Shown here: positions 10,044 through 20,457 of the stretch, one piece after another | How the letters are laid out: each line of letters begins with the position of its first letter | Numbering within the stretch: the stretch's first letter is position 1 | Assembly: GCA_030745655.1 (NCBI GenBank) | Contig: JASLOE010000001.1 | Coordinates: 5,351-69,350 of the forward strand | Direction of reading: 5' to 3' | From: Nitrososphaerales archaeon | Lineage (GTDB): Archaea; Thermoproteota; Nitrososphaeria; Nitrososphaerales; JACPRH01 | DNA: 64,000 bases | Notes under the pieces: generated by a model | What the model saw: the letters and a program-made list of their open reading frames with translations, nothing else | Database searches by the model: none | Told to the model about the DNA's origin: nothing | Made by a program: the position numbers and the translations under genes

Positions 10044-11360
10044 ATGAAGAAGGTCTTGATCATAACTAATCTTGCACATGCTGAACCTCGTATACCAGGC
10101 CTTATGAAATATCTCCCTGATTTTGGTTGGAACACGACTGTTTTGACAACATCAGAATACAATACGCACCTTTTTGATGATGATAATGTTAGACTGGACA
10201 AGAAAAATAGGATCATTATAGTACGTTACTTTGATATTCTTAATCACCTCATTATGATGATAAAGAAGATATTTGGTTATATTCCAGAAGAGAGCCTGAA
10301 AAGACAGGCGGATATACGGTTTGGTTTAAATTCACCAAAAACAAATATCATTAATCACCCTCTAAATTGGTTTAAAGAGGTTCTTTATTATCCAGATCAA
10401 GATAAGTTTTGGAAAAAATCCGCAATCATTACAGGTTTTAAACTTATCAGAAATCAACAAATAAATATGATAATGAGCAGTTCTTCACCTGTCACAAGTC
10501 ATATTATCGCTAAAGAATTAAAAAAAAGATGCGGTATCCCTTGGATAGCGGATTTGAGGGACCTTTGGTCACAAAACCATAATTACCCATATAGCTCATT
10601 CAGGAACTCGATTGATAGAAAACTTGAAGTAAAAACCCTCTCTAATGCAGATGCTTTAGTTACTGTTTCGAAGCCTTTGGTGAATCAATTAAAAAAAATA
10701 CACCCGAATAAAACTGTTTTAGAAATTACAAATGGTTTTCATCTAGATGAAATGAAAAAAGATTGTAATTTAACATCTAAATTCACTATCACCTATACTG
10801 GTCAAATATATTTTGGAAAACAAGATCCTACAAATCTCTTCGCTCCTTTGAAAGAATTAATCTTAGAAGGCGACATCGACCAAAATGATGTGCAAGTCAG
10901 ATTCTATGGTTATTTTGATGCTAGACTGACAAAAGTAATTCGAGAATATTTGTTAACTGATGTTGTTAAACAATATGGAGTAGTATCAAGGGAAGTAGCC
11001 CAACAAAAGCAGAGAGAATCACAACTTTTACTTTTTTTAAATTGGGAAGATAAAAGAGAAAAGGGAATATACCAAACAAAAATCTTTGAATATCTCGCAG
11101 CGAACCGTCCAATATTTGCAGTAGGTGGGTTTGGTAATGATGTGATTGAGAGATTACTTAATGAAACAAAAGCAGGAATTTATGCCCAAAAAGAAGACAT
11201 TAAAATAACCCTTAAGAAAATATACAATGAGTACAAACAAAAAAAAGAGGTCAGATGCCATGTAAGGCCAGAAAGTATCAATAGATATAGCTATCAAGAA
11301 AATGCTAAAACATTAGCTAAAAATTTTGATAAAATATTGGCGAATAGAAAACATCAATAA
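10044..11360 (+). CDS. Glycosyltransferase-like protein (GT-B, GT4-like N-terminal domain)
   Basis: N-terminus KVLIITNLAHAEPRIPG.., SSSSPVTSHIIAKELKKRCGIPWIADLRDLW, and a C-terminal Rossmann-like half (IFEYLAANRPIFAVGG). It is divergent from the GT4 operon. Confidence 0.6.
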   Translation: MKKVLIITNLAHAEPRIPGLMKYLPDFGWNTTVLTTSEYNTHLFDDDNVRLDKKNRIIIVRYFDILNHLIMMIKKIFGYIPEESLKRQADIRFGLNSPKTNIINHPLNWFKEVLYYPDQDKFWKKSAIITGFKLIRNQQINMIMSSSSPVTSHIIAKELKKRCGIPWIADLRDLWSQNHNYPYSSFRNSIDRKLEVKTLSNADALVTVSKPLVNQLKKIHPNKTVLEITNGFHLDEMKKDCNLTSKFTITYTGQIYFGKQDPTNLFAPLKELILEGDIDQNDVQVRFYGYFDARLTKVIREYLLTDVVKQYGVVSREVAQQKQRESQLLLFLNWEDKREKGIYQTKIFEYLAANRPIFAVGGFGNDVIERLLNETKAGIYAQKEDIKITLKKIYNEYKQKKEVRCHVRPESINRYSYQENAKTLAKNFDKILANRKHQ

Positions 11361-11423
11361 ATTAAAAAAAGGCTCTTTTTAACATATGTTACTTATAGGT
11401 AATTAAAGAGTATAAAGCGATTG

Positions 11424-12053
11424 ATGAATAGACCCCCAAAACAAAGTAATATTGATGAGATGCAATTTATTTCATACTATCATCAAATTGAATTACCGAC
11501 AAGAATAGGAGCAAAAAAAATATTAGAAATAGGAATTGGTGATAAGACAACATCGAATTATTTAAAACAACACAATTTTGAAATAATCACCTGTGATATA
11601 GATAAAAACAGAACACCGAATATTGTAGCAGATATCAGAAATCTACCATTTAAGAATAATAGCTTTGACACCATAATAACATTTGAGGTATTAGAGCATT
11701 TGCCATGGGATTACATAAATCAAATTATTGAGGATCTACATAGAATTACAGGAAAATTTGTCATTATCTCGGTACCTTACTCATCCCATCATTTCGAACT
11801 CGTAATTAAATTTCCTTTTATTCGAAAAATCTTAAAAAAAGATTTCATAAATATATTCTTTCGAATACCATTTCCAGTTCGCGACATTAAATCAATTGAT
11901 GAACCCCATTACTGGGAAATTGGGAGAAAAAGTTATTCTTTAAAGAAACTAAAGAAAGTTTTATTGAGAAAATTCAAGATAATTATTGAAACAAAACCTT
12001 TGTTACATTCATACCATTACTTTTTTGTGTTAGAAAAGATGAAAAGCAAATAA
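11424..12053 (+). CDS. Class I SAM-dependent methyltransferase (type 11-like)
   Basis: ILEIGIGDKTT motif I and FDTIITFEVLEHL. I chose the ATG at 11424 over the TTG at 11421. Confidence 0.75.
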   Translation: MNRPPKQSNIDEMQFISYYHQIELPTRIGAKKILEIGIGDKTTSNYLKQHNFEIITCDIDKNRTPNIVADIRNLPFKNNSFDTIITFEVLEHLPWDYINQIIEDLHRITGKFVIISVPYSSHHFELVIKFPFIRKILKKDFINIFFRIPFPVRDIKSIDEPHYWEIGRKSYSLKKLKKVLLRKFKIIIETKPLLHSYHYFFVLEKMKSK

Positions 12054-12109
12054 ATGGGTTAAAAAATAGAAACTAACTGTTGACAAAATTGTTTTGGTAT
12101 CCAAAATAG

Positions 12110-12433
12110 TTAATCATTTTTTTCATCATCAATTTTTAGATATTTCATTATTTTTTCTTGATTTTCTATTATTTTCAATAGAGGTGGGTTGTATTTGGTT
12201 TGTTCAACAAAATCTGTCTCGAGCTGAGTTTTAAAATGCCATCTACCAACAATAATAGCTACTGGAATATACAAAAAGAGAAACACAAGAACAAACATTG
12301 TAAGACTAGTGAATATGGCATTGAAAAAACTCACTTGTTCTACAAGTAAACGGTAAAAAATTAAGATAAAGTTAGTTAAAGCCGTTGTATATACGAGGTA
12401 GGTTCCATGTCCTGAACGGAAGTATACCCACAT
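12110..12433 (-). CDS. Small integral membrane protein, unknown function
   Basis: There are two clear hydrophobic helices (YLVYTTALTNFILIFYRLL; LTMFVLVFLFLYIPVAIIVG). I recognise no motif. Confidence 0.45.
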   Translation of the reverse strand: MWVYFRSGHGTYLVYTTALTNFILIFYRLLVEQVSFFNAIFTSLTMFVLVFLFLYIPVAIIVGRWHFKTQLETDFVEQTKYNPPLLKIIENQEKIMKYLKIDDEKND

Positions 12434-12622
12434 TCTTCGGCTAAACCTAGTTTCACTAATATCTTGTATACGCTAAACCCCCAAAGCTATTCGAGTGCAC
12501 CCATCATATTTTTCCAACAAACTAATAAGGTTTGATACCGAATTTGAGACACAACACAATTTAAACTATTCAATGAGATATTGTTTCAGTCTAAACTTTA
12601 ATTAAGTTTTATTAATGAAAAG

Positions 12623-13885
12623 TTAAATTGATACGGGATCTTCGAGCCATTTATCGTATTTTACAAGAAGATTCAATGATTTCTCGATTGCATCGATATC
12701 TGCTTCTATCTCGATTGGTTTTCCGAAAATACGGGTTATTACATCAGCATCTTTTAGTCCGTGCCCTGTTGCTACGCAGACAACAGAATCTGTTTTTTCG
12801 ATTTCTCCTTGATCGAGCAGGTTTCTCAGTGAAGCAATGGGAGTTGCACTTGCTGGTTCTGCAAAAATCCCCTCTGTTTGTGCCAAAAGACGTTGAGCAT
12901 CGAGTATCTCTTGATCGGAAACAGTCTCAGCATGTCCTTTTGAATCATATATTGAATTAAGGGCTTTCATCCAACTTACTGGATTACCAATCCGTATAGC
13001 AGTAGCTACAGTTTCTGGAGATAATATAGGCTCAATAGTTCTCTGCTTCTTTCTGTAAGCGTTGACTATAGGTGAGGCTCCCTCCGCCTGGATTCCAATC
13101 ATCCGAGGTTTAGTTTTAATCAATCCAACTGCTTCAAACTCATTAAATCCTTTCCAGGCTGCACTGATATTGCCAGCATTACCTACTGGCATCACCATAC
13201 AATCAGGAGAAATTCCCAATTGTTCAGTTACTTCAAAGGCAATAGTTTTTTGACCTTCTATTCGAAATGGATTTATGGAGTTCAGAAGATATATCTGATT
13301 GTTTCGCTCACAGATTTTGAACACCATATCAAGTGAATCATCGAAATTACCTTTTACCTGAACTAATCGAGCACCATGAGCCATAGCCTGAGCAAGTTTT
13401 CCTACACCAATTTTTCCAGCAGGTACCAGAACTATGCATTGCATCCCAGCCTTTGCAGCATATGCAGCAAGAGATGCTGATGTATTACCTGTTGAAGCAC
13501 ATATTACTGTACTAACACCTAGCTCCCTAGCTTTGCTTATACCTACAGTCATTCCACGGTCTTTGAAGGACCCAGTAGGGTTTTCACCTTCAAACTTAAT
13601 GAAAAGTTTTTTCAATCCAATCTTTTCAGCAAGTCGTTTACATCTATGAAGGCCAGTGCCCCCTTCATTGAGAGTAACTATGTTTACCCTATCATTTACC
13701 GGAAGGAAATCAGCGTACCGCCATACTGATAGAGATGTGTCACTCCATTTGTTTACACTTATTTTTTTATGCACTTCTTCAAGATCAGTTACTACTTCAA
13801 GTATTCCACCACAATTTCCACATTTGTAGATAATTTCATTTACACCATAAGTGCCATCACATTCAATGCATTTCAGATGAGCCAT
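12623..13885 (-). CDS. thrC: Threonine synthase with N-terminal zinc ribbon
   Basis: PLP lysine motif GENPTGSFKDRG and an N-terminal CIEC..CGNCG. Confidence 0.9.
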   Translation of the reverse strand: MAHLKCIECDGTYGVNEIIYKCGNCGGILEVVTDLEEVHKKISVNKWSDTSLSVWRYADFLPVNDRVNIVTLNEGGTGLHRCKRLAEKIGLKKLFIKFEGENPTGSFKDRGMTVGISKARELGVSTVICASTGNTSASLAAYAAKAGMQCIVLVPAGKIGVGKLAQAMAHGARLVQVKGNFDDSLDMVFKICERNNQIYLLNSINPFRIEGQKTIAFEVTEQLGISPDCMVMPVGNAGNISAAWKGFNEFEAVGLIKTKPRMIGIQAEGASPIVNAYRKKQRTIEPILSPETVATAIRIGNPVSWMKALNSIYDSKGHAETVSDQEILDAQRLLAQTEGIFAEPASATPIASLRNLLDQGEIEKTDSVVCVATGHGLKDADVITRIFGKPIEIEADIDAIEKSLNLLVKYDKWLEDPVSI

Positions 13886-14016
13886 AATTAATCAGAGACC
13901 TAAACTTTCGACATATGTGAATAGATGTATGATTATTAGTCTTGCGGCACATTATTGATTTAAACAAGGGTAAAGGCAAAATACATCTAAGATTTGATAC
14001 TAGCCACTGAACAAAC

Positions 14017-15024
14017 ATGAGGCTAATCCTAATAGGATATGGAGTAGTAGCACAAAGTCTCACTAAGATACTTACTGTAAGGAAGCAAGAGATTCTCAAA
14101 AGGCACAAAATGCATCCAAGGGTAGTGGCTATTGTAGATAGAGGTGGATTGGCTTTGAATCCAAAAGGTCTTGATCTTGAGAAAGTTGAAGCCACCAAAA
14201 AGAAATATGGTTCAGTTGCAGCCATACCTGAATATGGAAGTCCTGGTAAAACTGCTCAAGATATCATTGAAAATTTAGATGCAGAAGTTGTAATTGAGGC
14301 TACACCAACAAATTTGAATTCAGGGGAACCAGGTATGTCACATATGGAAGAAGCATTGAAGTCTGGAAAGAATGTAGTGACTGTTAATAAGGGTCCTCTA
14401 GCGTTGGCACTTCCTGCACTTTCAGAAATGGCGACATATAATGATGTACACTTGAGATTCGGTGGAACAGTTGGGGGTGGAACACCAATTCTAGATTTTG
14501 GAAAGAAATGTCTTAGCTTTGATAAGTTAATAGCAATAGAAGGAATATTGAATGGTTCAACAAATTACATGCTCACAGAAATGGAGCAACATGGCACCAC
14601 ATTCGAAGAGGCCTTGAGTGAAGCACAAGATAAAGGGTATGCTGAAGCTGACCCTTCATTAGATGTAGATGGATTAGATGCTGCAGCTAAGCTAGTAATT
14701 ATGGCTAATTGGTTTACCGATAAGGAGGTAACATTAAAAGATATTTCCATAAAGGGAATACGTGACATCAAACCTGAAAACCTAAAAGAGGCATCAGAAC
14801 GAGGATTCGCTATCAAACTAATTGGAAGGATAGATGAAGAATTGAAAGTAGGACCTGCTGAGTTAAGGAAAAGTGATCCTCTGTGTATAGGAGGAACTTT
14901 AAACGCAGTTAAGTTTCAATCCGAATTTGCTGGAGATGAAATAATAATAGGGAAAGGAGCTGGTGGACCAGAAACAGCAAGTGCGATTCTCAGAGATTTG
15001 TTAGATATAAGAGAAAAGATGTAG
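14017..15024 (+). CDS. hom: Homoserine dehydrogenase
   Basis: N-terminal Rossmann motif LIGYGVVAQ, then ILNGSTNYMLTEM and AEADPSLDVDGLDAAAKL. Confidence 0.9.
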   Translation: MRLILIGYGVVAQSLTKILTVRKQEILKRHKMHPRVVAIVDRGGLALNPKGLDLEKVEATKKKYGSVAAIPEYGSPGKTAQDIIENLDAEVVIEATPTNLNSGEPGMSHMEEALKSGKNVVTVNKGPLALALPALSEMATYNDVHLRFGGTVGGGTPILDFGKKCLSFDKLIAIEGILNGSTNYMLTEMEQHGTTFEEALSEAQDKGYAEADPSLDVDGLDAAAKLVIMANWFTDKEVTLKDISIKGIRDIKPENLKEASERGFAIKLIGRIDEELKVGPAELRKSDPLCIGGTLNAVKFQSEFAGDEIIIGKGAGGPETASAILRDLLDIREKM

Positions 15025-15038
15025 GATAGCTGAAAAAA

Positions 15039-16442
15039 ATGAAGATAATTATGAAGTTTGGAGGAACATCTTTAAATTCCGCAGACAAAGTTAGAAACGT
15101 ATCTAGAATCGTGAAAGATCATTCACAAAATAATCAAATAACAATAGTTGCATCTGCTCTAAGTGGAGTAACAAATCTGCTGGAAAAATTAAGCAAACAA
15201 TCTAAGCATAACAGCAAAAAAATAATTGCTAATGAATTAGAGAAGTTCACTAAGTTACACACAAATATTTCTAAAGATTCAATAAAAGATCAGAAAATAA
15301 AAGAGGAAGTTCTTAAAAATATTTTATCCATAATTAATGAACTGAAAAGTGTTCTAGAGGGTGTTTATGCGATAGGAGAAATAACTCCACGGTCGAGAGA
15401 TAAAATTTTATCATTTGGTGAAAGATTAACGGTTATCATAGTCACAGGAGCACTCAAAGATATAGGAATAAGTGCAGAACCCTTCACTGGAGCCAAGGCA
15501 GGGATTGTTACAGATGAGAAATATGGAGAAGCTAATCCATTAATGAGTATTACCAAAATGAGAATATCTGAAATTCTTCAACCATTATTGAGTAAGGGCA
15601 TTATTCCTGTTGTAACAGGTTTTATGGCGGCCACCCAGACGGGTGACATAACAACATTAGGAAGAGGAGGATCGGATTTTACAGCAACTATTCTAGGAGC
15701 AGCCCTATCTGTAGATGAGGTATGGATTTGTACAGATGTAAATGGTATGATGACAACTGACCCAAAGATAATATCAGATGCTAGGACAATTTCTCAGCTC
15801 AGTTATTCTGAAGCTTTAGAGATGACTGTTTTTGGGGCAAAAGCATTACATCCAAGAGCAATAGAACCAGCACAAGAAAACAAGATACCTGTAAGAATAA
15901 AGAACACTCTTGACCTAACAGGTTCTGATACCTTGATTTCTAATGATCAAAGCATCATTAAAGGGGAGATAGCAAAATCTGTAGCCTTGATAAAAGATGT
16001 AGCTATGGTGAATATAGGAGGCGCAGGAATGGTTGGTAAACCAGGAATAGCAGCAAAGGTGTTTGAAACATTTGCAAAAGAAGAAATAAACATCTTGATG
16101 ATATCACAGAGCGTTTCTGAAGCCAATATTAGCTTAGTAATCCATAAACATAATCTTGAGAATGCAGTAAATACACTTGAGTTATCATTACTTAGCAGGG
16201 GCTTTGCAAATCGAATAAATGCAGAAGATGATGTATGTGTTATAGCAATAGTAGGCGCTGGAATGAAAGGGTCACAAGGTGTTGCGGCTCGAGTTTTTAA
16301 GGCAGTAGCTGATAAAAGAATTAACGTACGAATGATTGCACAAGGTTCATCTGAACTGAATATATCCATCGTTGTAAAAGAGAAGAGCTGTGAAAAGGCT
16401 GTAATGGCTATCCATAAAGAGTTTGATATGGGAAAATCCTAA
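15039..16442 (+). CDS. lysC: Aspartate kinase with tandem ACT domains
   Basis: KFGGTSL and TLGRGGSDFTA motifs, with a C-terminal ACT pair. Confidence 0.9.
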   Translation: MKIIMKFGGTSLNSADKVRNVSRIVKDHSQNNQITIVASALSGVTNLLEKLSKQSKHNSKKIIANELEKFTKLHTNISKDSIKDQKIKEEVLKNILSIINELKSVLEGVYAIGEITPRSRDKILSFGERLTVIIVTGALKDIGISAEPFTGAKAGIVTDEKYGEANPLMSITKMRISEILQPLLSKGIIPVVTGFMAATQTGDITTLGRGGSDFTATILGAALSVDEVWICTDVNGMMTTDPKIISDARTISQLSYSEALEMTVFGAKALHPRAIEPAQENKIPVRIKNTLDLTGSDTLISNDQSIIKGEIAKSVALIKDVAMVNIGGAGMVGKPGIAAKVFETFAKEEINILMISQSVSEANISLVIHKHNLENAVNTLELSLLSRGFANRINAEDDVCVIAIVGAGMKGSQGVAARVFKAVADKRINVRMIAQGSSELNISIVVKEKSCEKAVMAIHKEFDMGKS

Positions 16443-16500
16443 AAGATATCACTAATAATTGGAAATCAACATATTCATATATAGAAAACCCATAGTGAAG

Positions 16501-17589
16501 ATGATAGACAAAATGAAGAAGACTGCCATAGTTGGTGCAACAGGGATAGTAGGACAACAATTCCTTACTGCATTAAAGGGTCATCCATGGCTGAAAATAA
16601 CGACTCTGGCAGCATCAATAAAATCAGCAGGGAAAAATTATGAAGATGCACTCCGAGATCCGAAAACACAAGCACTACGCTGGTACATTAATGAAGAACC
16701 ACCTGCAGAATTTCTAGAGATGAAAGTTGAAGATGCATCTAATTTAGATCCATCAAAATTTGATGTTATATTCACAGCAATAGAATCAGATCAGGCTAAG
16801 AAACTGGAGCCGAAGTTAGCAGCAAAGACCGCAGTCATTAGTACTGCATCAGCATTTAGATATGAATCGGATGTGCCAATAATTATTCCTGGAATAAACT
16901 CTGATCATATATCACTGCTAGATATTCAGAGAAAAAAAAGAGGTTGGGATGGATTCATAATTCCCATTCCCAATTGTACAACTACCGGATTGGCAATTAG
17001 CCTAAAACCAATAAATGATTCATTTGGACTTAGAAACGTAATAATGACATCAATGCAAGCAGTTTCTGGAGCGGGAAGAAGTCCAGGAGTACCTTCATTG
17101 GATATAACTGACAATATTATACCATTTATTCCAAATGAAGAAGAGAAGATTCAGGATGAGACCAAAAAGATTCTGGGAGTAAAAGAAGGTAATAATATTA
17201 AAGAAGCTGACTTCAATATCAGTAGTACATGCACTCGAGTTAACGTTTTAGAAGGGCATACAGAGAGTGTTTTTGTTTCCACAAAAGAAAAGTGTACTAT
17301 TAAGGGAATCAAAGAAGCAATGGAGCAATACACTGGAACACTTATGGATAAAGGATTACCATCAGCACCAAAGAAATGGATAGTAGTAAATGAAGATCCG
17401 TTTAGACCTCAACCTCGACTTGACCGTAATGCATATGGAGGTATGGCGACAACAATAGGTCGAATTAGAACCGATAATGTATTGAAAAATGGAGTGAAAT
17501 ACCTTCTGGTTACTCACAATACAAAGATGGGTGCAGCTAAAGGAGCAGTAATGGTTGCAGAGCTATTAGTTAATAGAGGATATATTTAA
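16501..17589 (+). CDS. asd: Aspartate-semialdehyde dehydrogenase
   Basis: IVGATGIVGQ Rossmann motif and active-site NCTTTG. I preferred a start at 16501 or 16513 to the TTG-extended start at 16459. Confidence 0.9.
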   Translation: MIDKMKKTAIVGATGIVGQQFLTALKGHPWLKITTLAASIKSAGKNYEDALRDPKTQALRWYINEEPPAEFLEMKVEDASNLDPSKFDVIFTAIESDQAKKLEPKLAAKTAVISTASAFRYESDVPIIIPGINSDHISLLDIQRKKRGWDGFIIPIPNCTTTGLAISLKPINDSFGLRNVIMTSMQAVSGAGRSPGVPSLDITDNIIPFIPNEEEKIQDETKKILGVKEGNNIKEADFNISSTCTRVNVLEGHTESVFVSTKEKCTIKGIKEAMEQYTGTLMDKGLPSAPKKWIVVNEDPFRPQPRLDRNAYGGMATTIGRIRTDNVLKNGVKYLLVTHNTKMGAAKGAVMVAELLVNRGYI

Positions 17590-17704
17590 TCTAAAAATAA
17601 CATAACTTTTTTTGCGAATTTACGTTTACTAAATTATAATCAATATAATATTTATATTTATTAACAGTATTTAATTTAGACAATGGAGTTAGCAGGTAAA
17701 AATT

Positions 17705-18157
17705 ATGAAAATTGATGAAATCGATAGAAAAATCTTAGAATCACTTGTCAAGGATGCCAGTATTTCAGTACCCAAATTAAGTGAGAAAATAAAAGAAAAT
17801 CCTTCTGTATGTTATAGTCGAATTAAGAGACTTTTACGAAGAAAGCTCATTAAGAAATTTACAATAGTGGTAAATGAGGAAAATTTAGGATATCCAATGA
17901 AAGCAATTGTAGGTTTGAATACAGATATTAAACTTAGAGAAAATATTCTTGGAAAAATCAAGGATCTTCCAGAAACAAGAGTAATTCGGGAGGTAACGGG
18001 TAGATTTGACATTATGATGGAGATTAGGGCACGCTCATTAGATGATCTACATAAGATAGTGACTGGAAGTATTGGACAAATTGAAGGAGTTGTTAGAACC
18101 GAAACTTTGATAGAATTGAAGACAGTTGTACAGGATCCTTCATTCGAAAATAGATAA
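17705..18157 (+). CDS. Lrp/AsnC family transcriptional regulator (full length: HTH plus RAM)
   Basis: MKIDEIDRKILESLVKDASISVPKLSEKI HTH followed by a RAM domain. It lies immediately downstream of the Asp-family amino-acid genes. Confidence 0.9.
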   Translation: MKIDEIDRKILESLVKDASISVPKLSEKIKENPSVCYSRIKRLLRRKLIKKFTIVVNEENLGYPMKAIVGLNTDIKLRENILGKIKDLPETRVIREVTGRFDIMMEIRARSLDDLHKIVTGSIGQIEGVVRTETLIELKTVVQDPSFENR

Positions 18158-18206
18158 TATCTTGAAAAAAGTCAAACATTTTCCAAAAAATCCATTAAAC
18201 TTTAGA

Positions 18207-19013
18207 CTAAGATTTACCGTTCCAAATGACACGTTGTGGAAAAGGTATCTCTATACCAGCTTCATCTAATACTTTCTTAATCTGTTGAACTATCTCAGTT
18301 CTAACCTCAAACCAGACTGAAGAAGGAGCCCACATTCGAATAGAAAGGTTTACAGAAGAATCAGATAGTTCATCAACGTAAACTAATGGAGCAGGTTCTG
18401 CTAAGACTAGTGAGTTTTCGTTAATTGTTTTAAGGATAATATCAATTGCTTTTTTCATTTCCTCATGGTATGCAATACCCACAGTTATGACTACTCTTCG
18501 GGCAACGTATTTTGAAAAGTTATGTATTGTTGAAGTGAATAATTTCTCATTAGGGATTCTTAGATTAACACCATCAAACGTTCGAATACTTGTGGATAAA
18601 ATATTGATTTCCAATATAACTCCATAAAGATGTTCATCAATTATCCCAATTGGATCACCAATAGAAACGGGTTTATCTATCTGTAAAAATATTCCAGATA
18701 TCAAGTTAGCAACAACTGATTGAGTTGCAAAACCTATCACGATACCAAGTATTCCACCTGCAAGCAAAACCCCGGTAAAATCTATACCCAAATATGAAAG
18801 GGCCGCCAGTGTTGCTACAATAATTGTAGTGTAATATATAATACGTTGAATCAGGTTTGAAGCATTTTCAGACATAACAGATGAAAGGAGTTTGCCAGAT
18901 GTCATTCTTGCTATTCTACCAATAATAATACCCACTACGATAACAATTAGAGCAAACAACAATTGACCCGCAGTGAAACCAAATCCAGGAAGAGCAGTAT
19001 CTATCCAGTCCAT
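18207..19013 (-). CDS. Small-conductance mechanosensitive channel (MscS family)
   Basis: Three N-terminal TM helices, then a pore helix region GILGIVIGFATQSVVANLISGIF and a beta domain. The ATG at 19013 overlaps the upstream gene's TGA by 1 nt (TGATG). Confidence 0.85.
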   Translation of the reverse strand: MDWIDTALPGFGFTAGQLLFALIVIVVGIIIGRIARMTSGKLLSSVMSENASNLIQRIIYYTTIIVATLAALSYLGIDFTGVLLAGGILGIVIGFATQSVVANLISGIFLQIDKPVSIGDPIGIIDEHLYGVILEINILSTSIRTFDGVNLRIPNEKLFTSTIHNFSKYVARRVVITVGIAYHEEMKKAIDIILKTINENSLVLAEPAPLVYVDELSDSSVNLSIRMWAPSSVWFEVRTEIVQQIKKVLDEAGIEIPFPQRVIWNGKS

Positions 19014-19777
19014 CAATATCCATGCTCCATGACGAATTTTCCTTCGACACCAAATCCTCCACGCTCCAAGAAACCTAACCTGAATTTCTTTACACTTTCA
19101 GCAGCCATTGGTACTTCTTTCAGTCCATGTAATGGAGGTTTGTTGTTTAGAAACAGTGAAGCAACGGTACCATCCTCGATCAATAGATTTGAGTCCTCAA
19201 GATAAACAGTGTCGCCTGAAAGATAGAGGTCAACCATATAGGCATCCATAACTATTTTGTGAACAGTGACCCAGTCTGCACTTTTGTTTTGAAATTTCAT
19301 TATTATTCCTGCTTCTTCATATGGTACTGCTTTTTCTTCAGAAGATATAATTGAGTTGTGAAGTCTGCAAATATACCCCATATTTGGTTTGCCATATAGC
19401 CCATATTTGGGAAAGGATAAGGAAAATGCATCAATCATGTAGTTACTGTTTTTGCTTATTGTAAAGACACCTATTTCGATTGGCATAGTAAGATGATGAG
19501 TAACTGATGATTTAGGAGGAAGTGCAATGGGAGATTCCAGATTAACCATTATATTATGAGCCAACTGCCGCGGCATCTGAATAGGTCTAACAGGGTATAT
19601 TGCGAGCTTAACTTTCCCTTTTCTTGAAGAAAAGACAGTTTTTGAAGATGTTTCTCCTTTATGGTCACGCCTATAAGTGTACGAGTCATCACCAGTCTTT
19701 TTTAAAGAAATTTGTTCATTTCTAAACTTAATAGTGAAACCATCTTCAATTGTATATAGACCGAATTTCTTCACCAA
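19013..19777 (-). CDS. Conserved-looking soluble protein of unknown function, translationally coupled to MscS
   Basis: 254-aa ORF with no TM segment or recognisable catalytic motif. It may be the archaeal DUF432 type, but that is from memory and unverified. Confidence 0.55.
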   Translation of the reverse strand: MVKKFGLYTIEDGFTIKFRNEQISLKKTGDDSYTYRRDHKGETSSKTVFSSRKGKVKLAIYPVRPIQMPRQLAHNIMVNLESPIALPPKSSVTHHLTMPIEIGVFTISKNSNYMIDAFSLSFPKYGLYGKPNMGYICRLHNSIISSEEKAVPYEEAGIIMKFQNKSADWVTVHKIVMDAYMVDLYLSGDTVYLEDSNLLIEDGTVASLFLNNKPPLHGLKEVPMAAESVKKFRLGFLERGGFGVEGKFVMEHGY

Positions 19778-19861
19778 AGTACTACCACGATTTTCTTTCC
19801 ATCAGAGATTAAAAGTTAGCTATATATTTATCATCATTGGAAAGATTTGAAATCAAAAGGC

Positions 19862-20242
19862 TCATTCTTTTTTTATGGATAGTCCCAATACACCTGCTAT
19901 AGTACTTAGGATCGGTGCCAAAAAACCTGCACCTGTAAGCAGAAAGACTACTGAAAGGATAATCAAGACGATGCCACCTTGTCTATCATTCAGTCGGACG
20001 GCTATCCATCCTAACATTATTATCCCTACAATAATTGTGGTAATTCCCGCCACCAAGAAATTAGGGATAATAGTCATAGCTGGAAAACAGTTGGGTTCAC
20101 ATTCTGTTCCACCAACAGCATTAATTATGATACTTGTCGGTGCAACATTTCCCTGTAACACTTCAGAATATCCATGAAAAACACCAAGAAGCACCGCTGC
20201 AACTCCAAATATTATGGCAACCATCTTTTTTTTAGAAGCCAT
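19862..20242 (-). CDS. Small integral membrane protein (about 4 TM)
   Basis: Hydrophobic segments are spaced through the 126 aa. I recognise no motif. Confidence 0.5.
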   Translation of the reverse strand: MASKKKMVAIIFGVAAVLLGVFHGYSEVLQGNVAPTSIIINAVGGTECEPNCFPAMTIIPNFLVAGITTIIVGIIMLGWIAVRLNDRQGGIVLIILSVVFLLTGAGFLAPILSTIAGVLGLSIKKE

Positions 20243-20457
20243 TCTAATTTTTTTATGGATTGTTGCAAGTATTTAAGGTTGTATTTAGGAGAATTGATTG
20301 ATGAAAAACAAGAGAATAATAGATTACATTATTCTGTTTACATATCTATACGTTCTCAGGTAAAAATTAAAATCTGCCATTACTAAAGAATAAGTGATCT
20401 TGATGAAAAATCTTTTACAGAAGTACATTAAGATAGAGAGGGAGACATTTTTACCCA

